Of a stretch of 42,016 nt of DNA, positions 32,269 to 42,016 are shown piece by piece. Origin of the DNA: Trichomonas gallinae (lineage: Eukaryota); NCBI GenBank assembly GCA_008369845.1, contig MRSU01010485.1, forward strand, positions 1 to 42,016, written 5' to 3'. The notes under the pieces were generated by a model. The model ran no database searches. It was not told the DNA's origin and saw only the letters and a program-made list of their open reading frames with translations. Position numbers and translations under genes: made by a program. Each line of letters begins with the position of its first letter. The stretch's first letter is position 1.

Positions 32269-33537
32269 ATGTTTAGTCAAATGAACGAGAATAAGGTTAT
32301 AGAGAATTTCGAAATGAATTTTTTATCACGTCTGAACCCTAATTCATTTTCTGGGGCTTCAGACATCATCATTGTCGAGTATGAAGATGGCTCCCTTAAG
32401 TCTTCGCCTTGGCATGTTCGAATCGGCAATTTAGGATTAATTCATCATTTAAATAAAGTAATCTTAGTAACGATTAACGATTCTCCCGCTCCATTTATGA
32501 TGTATGTCAATAAATGGGGAATTGGACAATTCTTTACATCCCAAAAAATGAAGCCAAAAGATTCGACCAATAACATTATTTACCCATCAGTCACTAAATC
32601 TCAATTAATCATATCACCACGCGATATACGTGGTATTTTAAATTCGCCAATGACAAAAAAGCAAACGAATGATTCATTTTCAGAGTATATTACAAGAGAT
32701 TCAGCGGTAGACATAGATTCTGTGTTTATATATGACGACCCTGATCCAGATCCTATCTCAACCACGTCTTTATCTGTAGATTTAGTTCAATCTGTTTCAT
32801 CCTCAAAACTAGAAACCGACGATGAGCAAAATAAACAGATGGAATCAAGCTGCCCTGTCCCTTCTTCTATGCTTTTGCAGATTCTTAGGCCGCTAATTCA
32901 TCCAGGAAAGAATGAAATAGTTTTTACTGTTTCATCTTTGCTTCAGGGTCCAAAAGTCGTCAAAGCTCTTCTGTTTCTATACAAGTCAACTGATAAAATC
33001 GTTGTTTCAGACATTGACGGAACTGTTACAAAATCTGATGCAATTGGTCAAGTTTGTGGTGTTATTGGTGCAGATTGGACCCATCCAGGCTTGGCAAAAC
33101 TTTACGATAAGATTCATTCTCTTAATTTACAATTTATTTATCTTACCGCAAGACCTGTTAGCCAGCAGTCTGTAACACGACACTTATTATCGAGAATAGA
33201 GCAGGAAGGAACAAAACTTCCAGAAGGCCCGTGCATTCTGGCGCCCGATGGGTTTATACATGCTTTTACGCGTGAAGTTGTAAAGAGAGAGCCACAGAAA
33301 TTCAAGATTCCGACAATAGAAAGCATCATAAAACTGTTCCCTGAAGAGAGAAACCCTGTTGTTCTCGCGCTGGGAAACAAAAGCACTGATGTTGTATCAT
33401 ACGAATCAAATCAAATCGGAAGGGATCGAATTTTTCTATTTGATCCGAAGCACCGTGTGCTGAATGCTGAAGGAAAAGTAATCTGCGAATCAATAATTGA
33501 TTTCACACCAAAAATCGAAGAAATTTTACACGATTAA
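32269..33537 (+). CDS. Lipin/Pah1/Ned1 (LNS2) family Mg2+-dependent phosphatidate phosphatase
   Basis: N-Lip motif NPNSFSGASDIIIVEYEDGSLKSSPWHVRIG. C-Lip HAD domain with KIVVSDIDGTVTKSD (DxDxT), DWTHPG, YLTAR, LPEGP and LGNKSTD. Confidence 0.95.
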   Translation: MFSQMNENKVIENFEMNFLSRLNPNSFSGASDIIIVEYEDGSLKSSPWHVRIGNLGLIHHLNKVILVTINDSPAPFMMYVNKWGIGQFFTSQKMKPKDSTNNIIYPSVTKSQLIISPRDIRGILNSPMTKKQTNDSFSEYITRDSAVDIDSVFIYDDPDPDPISTTSLSVDLVQSVSSSKLETDDEQNKQMESSCPVPSSMLLQILRPLIHPGKNEIVFTVSSLLQGPKVVKALLFLYKSTDKIVVSDIDGTVTKSDAIGQVCGVIGADWTHPGLAKLYDKIHSLNLQFIYLTARPVSQQSVTRHLLSRIEQEGTKLPEGPCILAPDGFIHAFTREVVKREPQKFKIPTIESIIKLFPEERNPVVLALGNKSTDVVSYESNQIGRDRIFLFDPKHRVLNAEGKVICESIIDFTPKIEEILHD

Positions 33538-35312
33538 TGTATTTTTATTTGTTTGAATGTTAAATTGTTTTTATATAGTACTCATACTATATATTTATCA
33601 TGCAGTAAATTGTATATGCTTTAAATTAAATCAAAGAAAATTATAACAAATTTAAAAGAAATGTACATGTAATTTTAATGTATACATTGAGTTGATTATA
33701 TTGTAACATAGATATGTTCCAAATTCGAAAAAAAATTATTTAAAAAAATAAAATATGACTGTATTCGACAGATAGTTGCGCAAGCAGGCATAATATCGGT
33801 ATTTTTTTGTATATGTTAATGTAAACTAGATATTAAAGGATCAATTAGAGACAATATCTCGAATTTTCAAAATGCAAAGTTAGAGTCAATAGTGTATGCA
33901 TTCTTACTATATGTGATCGATAGATTTCATGAATAAATGTTCCAACAGTTGAATTTAATGATTTATTATGAATTGAAAAATACAGATACGTCTATGTGCT
34001 GATGATACATCTATTCATCGATGGCTTTTAAGTGCGGATATCAAGGAATGACCTTACAACTTGAAAGAGATTCGTTGAAAAAAACTCTTTTAAAAAATTG
34101 GTTCAAATTAATTCGCCCCTGTTTTAAAAATATAAAGGGGCAGACACTAATCATCCAAAAACTTGAATCCAACGACCAAAGTCATACGTTACATAAATTC
34201 ATTAAGTACATGTGAATTATGTTGGACTTATGAATGATATGGCTGCTGTACTGCAAACAAACTCCTAAATATTCTCGAATCGATTCTTAAAATAATGAAA
34301 GCGATAGATAACTCCTAGCGTACTTACTTGTTGCTAGTATCTCAGCCTATTTTATGCATCGTATCTATTAATGAGTCAATTTCGATTTTTATCTGTATCA
34401 AAGAACTCGAATTTACGATTGGCTAATGCATCATTTATAATCTACTTGACTTTAGTCTGAAATATTTCATATATCATAGACTACTTTCCCTAATCAAAAA
34501 TGAAAATAATTCTGAAAAAGAGCAATTGATCGTTATGAGCTTGTTGATGTATTTTATTTATTGAATACATATCTTATGTTACATTTTTTGGATTCAAATT
34601 ATATTGACTTTGATCGAAGTTTTGGTTGATTAAAACATGCTCTCTGATGTCAGAGAAGTCATTTCAATTCGTCAATATACTAAACACCCAAGTATTTATG
34701 TAAAAAAAAAATATATATTATCATTTTTGAATGAATTGTCGATGTTTTTGATATTAGGAGATGTTATTTGATAGTATATCCGCGTTTGAAAAATCGAAAT
34801 TTTCTAAATTTGAGAAAAAATCAAGTGAATTTATTAGAAATCGCTATAATCATTCAAATAAATTGAAATAACGAAATTTCTTATCATAAGATTTAATCAG
34901 TTATATACAAGCCCCCGACCTAGCTAATTATTTCCTATGAATATGCCTTGGGATATTCGATTATTTTTTTCAAGACCATCTGTAGCAAGCCATTGATTAG
35001 TGGAATTTCTGTACAATTAAAGGGCTAATTTTGCGCGCAAATGAGTTCCAAGATATCAGCATTTCCAAACTTGATTGCATTCAATACGGTATTCATGATT
35101 TCATTTTATGATACAAATAATCTTTGTATGCCATTTCACGATTAATTTCAATAAAGAAGGTGAGGCTATCCAACAATTCCCAAAAATTTCATGAGACAAA
35201 AGACAAGCTAAATTCTGTGGAAGGCCGAGCTGTATGTCATGAGATAGAAGTTTTTAATACACAACAAGATAACAAACATAAATCTATTAATTTGGCTAGT
35301 AAGGAAACACCT

Positions 35313-36098
35313 TCAATCTACAAAATTGAATACAGATGATGGATCAGAAACAACTTCTTTAATCATGTTCATCAAGTTGATCATTCTGGAATCATCAATA
35401 TCAACTCTTTGAACGTCATGAAGAGTTTCGGTACTAATATTCTTAGGTTCTATTATTTGTGCTGCATCATCAACAGAATCAGTATTAGATTCTGTCAATT
35501 CTGTTCGTAGCTTATTTTTATATTGCTCTATATTTCCTTGATTTCTGCGCACTAAAATCTGGTATCTATACCTACATTGGACATCTGTTCTACCCTCTAA
35601 CTCAGAAGATACTTTTGTCCAGCATTTCGTTCCAAATTTCTCCACAGCATCAAGAAGTTGATGATCTTCGAACATACTCCATGGTGTTTTGTTTATTAGT
35701 GGGTTAAGAGATCTGAGCCATCTTTGGGAGCATTGATTTCTGTTTCTATTTCTTCCTACGAATAATGATATTTTTGACCAGTCAGAAATTCCATATCGAT
35801 GAATAGCAGCAAGCAATCTTTGATCTTCTGCCTGTGTCCATGTGTTCATTTTCTTTTCCATATAGCTTCCCGAAGAATATCTTTTCCCGTTCAAAGGATG
35901 ATCCGGGACATCAAATACAGTCATTAGCTTATTCAACACTTCAATGTTTGATTCGTATTTCAGCATTTGATCTTTTGCTTCTTCATAAGAAAGCTCATTG
36001 ATGATGAATTTGTACAACACCATCCTCACTTCCTCCCTGTTGTTGTCCGGAATGCCATTGAGCAACTCATCATAAATGTTAGTATTGGTTGAAATCAT
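35313..36098 (-). CDS. R2R3 Myb-like transcription factor with N-terminal helical domain (cluster paralog 4)
   Basis: WTQAEDQRLLAAIHRYGISDWSKISLFVGRNRNRNQCSQRWLRSLNP and WSMFED...GRTDVQCRYRY. Inr TCATT at 36101-36105. Confidence 0.95.
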   Translation of the reverse strand: MISTNTNIYDELLNGIPDNNREEVRMVLYKFIINELSYEEAKDQMLKYESNIEVLNKLMTVFDVPDHPLNGKRYSSGSYMEKKMNTWTQAEDQRLLAAIHRYGISDWSKISLFVGRNRNRNQCSQRWLRSLNPLINKTPWSMFEDHQLLDAVEKFGTKCWTKVSSELEGRTDVQCRYRYQILVRRNQGNIEQYKNKLRTELTESNTDSVDDAAQIIEPKNISTETLHDVQRVDIDDSRMINLMNMIKEVVSDPSSVFNFVD

Positions 36099-39000
36099 TT
36101 AATGAAAAATTTAAGAAATAGCTTTTCTTTCACGTTTTGAAAGAATCATTGAATTTTTTTTTTGAGACAATTGAAAATCTATTGAAATAAAATATTTCCC
36201 TGAAACCCAATTATCTCTGAATAATAAAGCTAAATCCTCACTCAAACACCAAATTTATCAAAAGGCCGATATGGATATTTGTGAAGAGGAAAAAAACACA
36301 AACAAACAAAGAGTTTTTATGAAAAAAACTCTCGTAAATTTTATATTCCAGGAGTACATTTTGTATAAACAATAACATACTTTAAAAGTATGATTATCTT
36401 TGTTTTCAATATTTGAGAAGCTCATTCAATTATTTGAATCTGTGAAATATTCATTGAAAACTTTATTTTTATAACCAACAGTTACTATATGAAAAGACAC
36501 CAGAAATAATTGGCTGAACAATAATGTTAATTTTTTGAGCACAAAAAAATAAACTCAACTTTTTTTGTTGCGATGACATTTTAGATTCAAACATTGGAAC
36601 ATTTTAGTTGACAAATATAAGAAAATTAGAAATACTCAATGCTCAAGAATTATTTCTTCATGACCAAATTTTTGATTCAAATGTTGGAATTATGTTCTAA
36701 GTTTAATCAATTTATTGGATATAATGATTCAAGGTTATGTTAAATCATTTTGATTTCCAGGATCAATATTTTTGAAAATAATTTTATAATTCTTCGTAGT
36801 ATTCTGTATATGATTGGAAATCATAGACAACATGATGCTATAATCATTGACTAAGAAATATCATGAAAATGGTCACTGGATTTTCTATTAATAAATATTT
36901 AAAAATTAGAATTGGAATACGTGTTACTCTTATTATGAACCATAATTACTGTAGCGTAATGATTGTTTTTATGATTTTTTTGGAAAAGTTCTAATTATCA
37001 GATAGTTCTCAAGGGATACTATCATGAAAATTTTGAAATAGGTCATACAATAGATGATGTTTTAGGACCTGACACCCAGATCCGGAGTTTTCCCTTAAAC
37101 CAGAAACCCTGCTCAATATATTTTCTGAGCCTTTAGTTTTCAGCAGTTATTTCAGTTACTTTCAATTATTTGTCAGTGCCACTCAAAACGTTTGATTGTG
37201 ACTCACAAAAATCGACCTATTCAAAACTGTTGCAGCGATCAACACTTGGTTTATTGATATATGTGATATTTCTATGCCATTTTGCAAAACACGTTAAATC
37301 GTAATTCATCTTATCAATTCAACTACCAAGTTTTATTTATACGTTGAACTATCATCCTACGGTAGTTCCTTTACTATATTTCATCGATCCCCATCAGATT
37401 GAGATAAACTAAAAAGTAGTTTTTTGAGTGGCTTTATCAATCCAACTCTTCTCACTTAAATCAATTTTCAATTCTTTTATTGTAACTTGTTATTTACATT
37501 ATTTACTCCCTTTTTATTTGGTTTTGATTAAATTTTTAAAACAATTTCACTTGACATCATTTAGATATGTTCGAAATTGAGTCAATGGAACCTCACAGTT
37601 GATTGGAACATATACCAAAATTTATTTTCAATATGAATTCACATTCAATGCTGACAAACAAAGATATTCTTTAATGAATCAAAGTATATTGCATATTCAT
37701 AATTACATGTACATACACATTCAAATACCATGAACAAATGAATATTCCAACAAAGCATGATTAAATCAAATTTGAAATATTCCCTTTTCATTTACTGAGT
37801 CAAGCATATTATATATGAGTTGCTGCATAATGTTATTCCTTTTTTATCAATATTCAAATTTTCAAATTTCATTTTATATTCATACCAATATCGATTTTAC
37901 TATCACATTCAATAAATTAAGCATAAAACCAATCAAAATACAAACTTATTTATCTTATACTCTAAATATTGATTCAATACAATTATCTTAATGGTATATG
38001 AAATTGTAATTGATATTGTTTTCGGCATCTATAACCAAAATAATGAATTAATGCTCAATAGCAAATTCACATGATTTTGGTTTTATTCAAAAGTCCGAGT
38101 AAATATATCATTTCTTTAGCCATATATAGTTGCTATGCCAATATAGTGATATTTCAGCTCGATTATAAAAAAATCATATTTTGAAAGGTTAGGTGTCTAT
38201 CAAAACTCCAATAAATCATCTGAAAACCATATCTAAGCCTATGCATTTAGTTAAAATCGGATAAGGAAAATTGATTCATACGTTTGATATTACAAGCTGA
38301 TATAGCATGATTTGTATGATTTAGCGTTTTTATAAGAACAACCATTCAAAATTCTGAATCAAATTGCTATTTAATCGTTTCAGCTATTCATCATTATTAC
38401 ACTTGAAATAGGGTTAATTTATTTTTAAATGTAAAAACTATCGATCGAAGAATCATTCTAAAGTTCATGCACATGTTATATATTGACAAAATATTTCGTA
38501 TTCAGAATTAATTTTCAATTCATTATAAAAAATTTTGATAACATTTACAAAATTACATCGCAGAAAAAATATTTGGAACTGTTCAGAGAAGACTTTTATT
38601 GAAAATATTTTTTCTTATCTTAATTCAATTTCAAAACATTCTTCATGACATTCCTGAATTTTCCTCACTCATTATCTGATACTACATCATATTATAGGTA
38701 ATTCTTCTATTTGATGAATTTTTCCTTGTCTCAGAAATAATCTTTGAAATCGGCTCAGATACTTGCATACATCATTTATTCTTCAATTGCAAACTTTTCA
38801 GAAGAAAAATTAACAGTTTCTAGAAGCATTCAAAGTATTTCTATGTGCTAAATTTCATAACGAATATGTTCATAGATTTACAAAGCTCATAGCATAGATC
38901 ACATTCTATAAAAATATTTATTCAATCTTTTTCAATTTGATTTTTTTAAACTTTCCTTGCTCATTAATTTTGATATACTATTGATGAAAAGTATTTTAAT

Positions 39001-39167
39001 TATACTAATTTTTCTATTTAATTTTTGAATCATGTATTATTCATCTAACAATAGTGCAATTAATCATTAATAGCAAATTCCTTTCAATTAAAATTTGTGG
39101 GAATATACAAAAAATTGATAAGGATTTTCTGTTGACTCACAAAAAATGAATGCAAAACTTGTTTTAT

Positions 39168-39172
39168 TCATT
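39168..39172 (+). promoter_or_regulatory. Inr TCATT upstream of kinase ATG 39185
   Basis: TCATTTTT lies 12 nt before ATG 39185, and coding-like composition begins there. Confidence 0.55.
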
Positions 39173-39184
39173 TTATTATTTAAC

Positions 39185-40090
39185 ATGAACTACCGCGATG
39201 AAATATACATCAACAAGAAGAAGCTTGTGTTTAGGGATGTCCTTGGTATGGGAGCCTTTGGCGTAGTGTACAAGGTTTACGACCCAACATACAATTGCGA
39301 GTTTGCTTTGAAGTGCGTCAATGAATCCAAGTTCAACCAGAGTGAAATCGATAACATGTCTAATGTAGATGATAGCAATATAGTCAGATTATATGGATAC
39401 GACTACTTTGATGGATCTGTTTATCTCAAAATGGACTACTGCCCACATACACTCGAGAAAATGCTCAAGAGGAACCAGATATCTTCCAATGATATATTGA
39501 TCAGATATTCGAAGGATATCCTCAAAGCAATCGGAGCTTGTCACCACGCGAATGTTGCGCACTTAGATATCAAGCCAGCGAACTTCCTGATCGACAAGTA
39601 TGATAGAGTGATTGTTACAGACTTCGGACTCTCAGCCAAACACATACTTAATGATATACAATACGCAGGATCTGTTCCGTTCATGTCTCCAGAGATTCTC
39701 ACAAAGTCTCCACATGACTCTTTTAAGGCAGACATCTGGGCCATTGGTGTTACATTCTTCATCATGGCGACAAGCAAATTACCATGGGTAGGAAACGACA
39801 GACAGACAATTTGCAAGAATTTGATGGAATTCGCTCCAAGGACAGAACTTGTTAAGAACAGAGATTACGCTGAAGTAATCAACCTCTGTTTGGAGATGAA
39901 TCCAACAAAGAGACCAACCATTGACGAGCTCTTAGATCTCCCGATTTTCAGAGAGAAAAGATGCTGCATACAAAGAAGAAACACAGGTAGCAATCTCTTA
40001 ACTACTGGAAGGAGAATGTCTGTGCTTTCTCAATGTTCTGTGATTTGCTTACCAAAATTGGTCAGGATGAGAAATCATATAAGTTTGTAA
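39185..40090 (+). CDS. Ser/Thr protein kinase, CAMK-like, non-RD
   Basis: GMGAFG, FALK, HLDIKPAN, DFG, GSVPFMSPE and DIWAIG motifs. Start 39185 (MNYRDEI) is preferred over 39146 because of the Inr between them. Confidence 0.93.
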   Translation: MNYRDEIYINKKKLVFRDVLGMGAFGVVYKVYDPTYNCEFALKCVNESKFNQSEIDNMSNVDDSNIVRLYGYDYFDGSVYLKMDYCPHTLEKMLKRNQISSNDILIRYSKDILKAIGACHHANVAHLDIKPANFLIDKYDRVIVTDFGLSAKHILNDIQYAGSVPFMSPEILTKSPHDSFKADIWAIGVTFFIMATSKLPWVGNDRQTICKNLMEFAPRTELVKNRDYAEVINLCLEMNPTKRPTIDELLDLPIFREKRCCIQRRNTGSNLLTTGRRMSVLSQCSVICLPKLVRMRNHISL

Positions 40091-40429
40091 CTTATGACTA
40101 TTATTTATTTATAAATCTTATTCATGCGTTTTTAATTCTTGCTTATTTTCTCTTATTTATCGCAAAAAAAATTGTAAGATTATCAAATTCAAGAAAACTA
40201 TTGTTCGTCTTGATGTACAGTCGATTAGAAAGTCCAAAACATAGTTACATACAATTTAAAACACCTAAATAATGATTGTTTTTTATGTTGATTGAATTGA
40301 ACAGTAACGATAAAGATATTACAATCGATTGGTTATTAAAATACACATGAATATTAATAAGTACATTGAAAAATCGCAAATAAATGGCTCATATGATTGA
40401 GTTTGAAAAATCTGTTGAAAATTATTTTA

Positions 40430-41500
40430 TTTTTTGCTATTTTTGTTGCGGAAACCTCATTTATTGCTGCATATTGTGTCACACAAAGGATACATTCGGT
40501 TTCAACACTGATATAACATTTGGAATAACCGAGAAACAACAAATATCACTCTTTTGACGATTATTTGTATTTTACATTTCAACATTATGTTTTACATGAC
40601 AATTTTATGATGTACATTTAATGAAGCAAAAATCAAAACTGTATCATTGCTATTGCTTTTTGCATTTACATCTCCTCCAGTATCTGTCAGAAGGACTGTG
40701 ATATCTTCATGATGAACATATTAAGAGCTGTTGAGGATTCATTTGCATCAAAAGCCCAAATGCAAATTATCAGATTCATTATGGATTTCATAATGATATG
40801 TGATCATTCCTTCAATTCCTTTTATGAGATGAAAAAACTGGAAATTAGAGCTTCAGAAACTTCTCATTCGTTGAAAAATTTTTATATTTCATTATTTCTT
40901 CAACGTTTTGAAAATGTCTATGAATGACATTTCATTGCTGCAGTATTTGCATCATTCAGATTTGGTTTTTCTATTGCTTTAATATAGCAAAAAACAGAAA
41001 AAAAAAATATTCAATGTGAAGGTAATCATTTTATGAATCCGTATGGTTGGTTATGCTACCAACTTTTGAAATATAATTAACTCATCAGTCAAGAGAAACG
41101 AAATTTTTAACTGCTACATTGATTCTCCAAGTGTGGTATTTGAATCAACATCCATTCCACATTCTGAAAAGTTATTTAATGTAGTTTGTTTTTAGTAATC
41201 ACATCCTGTTTTCATCTAGTCATTGATTGTCTTTTTTTTTTTATTAATAATTTTCAATCTTTTAGATATTTTTTCATTCTACTATTTCGAGATTTGTACT
41301 TTCTATTCAACTTGCAAACGCTTATCACTCTAATGAGCAAAATTATAGTATATTACATTTGTAAAGCTATGGCTGGTCTTGTTTTCAATCCTTTATTTGT
41401 AGAACAAAGCAAAAAATCATATTCTACTTTGATCAATATTGATGGTTCCAACTTTACCACTTTGACTAAGAACAGAGTCTGTATTAATAATATTACTAAC
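40430..41500 (-). pseudogene. Degraded ankyrin-repeat protein gene
   Basis: Minus strand at about 40717-40587 translates VHHEDITVLLTDTGGDVNAKSNSNDTVLIFASLNVHHKIVM*, a clear ankyrin consensus. Neighbouring fragments EVSEALISS, IKAIEKPN and TQYAAINE also fit. Many stops and frameshifts; boundaries are approximate. Confidence 0.7.
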
Positions 41501-41544
41501 ACTACTCAATTTCATGCAAAAATACCACATTGGGTTATAATTAT

Positions 41545-41882
41545 AAACCGCATTCCAAAAGTCAGGTTTTGCCAAAAATTTGATAACTCTCATAGAATAA
41601 TTCAATGAGTAGTATTGAAAAATTGTCACTTTTCAGACCTGACATATTGAGTAAAAAATTGCACAGTCTGTGGACGGATGCACTGGCATATAAAACCAAG
41701 TGCTATCGTATTATTTCATTCGGATAAATTATTAATTTCGATTATTAGTTGCATGAATACTAAGTTTTATGAATGGATTTCATTCGGATTGTACCAATAA
41801 TTGATAAGTGTTAACTGGTAGCCCATTTTTTGGTACAGTTATTTGAGCTTTTGTTTCAGACCCGACTTTTGAAATTCAGTTT
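41545..41882. mobile_element. MITE-like non-autonomous element (~340 bp) with imperfect 23-bp TIRs
   Basis: Left end AAACCGCATTCCAAAAGTCAGGT (41545-41567) and right end ACCCGACTTTTGAAATTCAGTTT (41860-41882). Internal TIR-like copy TTTCAGACCTGAC (41631-41643) and direct repeat ATTTCATTCGGAT (41713, 41777). The reverse complement of 41839-41882 matches 9298-9341 at 39/44. Confidence 0.72.
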
Positions 41883-42016
41883 ACCAATTCTCTAATAAGA
41901 TTGCTTGATATCTAAATTTGACTAATAAATAATATTTAAAGGTTGTCCGGCAGAAAAATTCAACTAAAAATTCTGTAAATTAATAATATAGAATGAGCAC
42001 ATAGTGACCATTAAAA

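Noticed and set aside
1..42016. rRNA, tRNA, CRISPR arrays, intact transposase/Maverick ORFs or prokaryotic defence systems
   Set aside because: None were recognisable by eye. tRNAscan-SE and Infernal would be needed to exclude small RNAs formally.

Overview
AT-rich, intron-less eukaryotic protist DNA. It is almost certainly parabasalid and most likely Trichomonas vaginalis, based on a 716-aa G6PD::6PGL fusion, a BspA-type LRR gene, expanded Myb and CAMK-like families and TCA(T/C)T Inr motifs just upstream of ATGs. Intact genes: a bacterial-architecture CLC Cl-/H+ antiporter with a TrkA-C-like tail, two Ser/Thr kinases, a multi-pass M28 peptidase, a GRIP-domain golgin, G6PD::6PGL, a lipin/Pah1 phosphatidate phosphatase and five Myb genes. 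Four of the Mybs form a co-oriented paralog cluster with a shared N-terminal helical (PAH-like) domain, near-invariant recognition helices and a conserved C-terminal helix-DPxS-F motif. The fifth has no ATG ahead of its Myb repeats; instead a GTG is followed 14 nt later by a GC-rich hairpin. Intergenic DNA holds a twice-frameshifted BspA gene, an ankyrin-repeat relic, a probable Mutator transposase relic, a coiled-coil-like tandem relic, and two copies (about 340 bp and about 80 bp) of a TIR-bounded MITE-like element. All calls are by eye; no searches were run.
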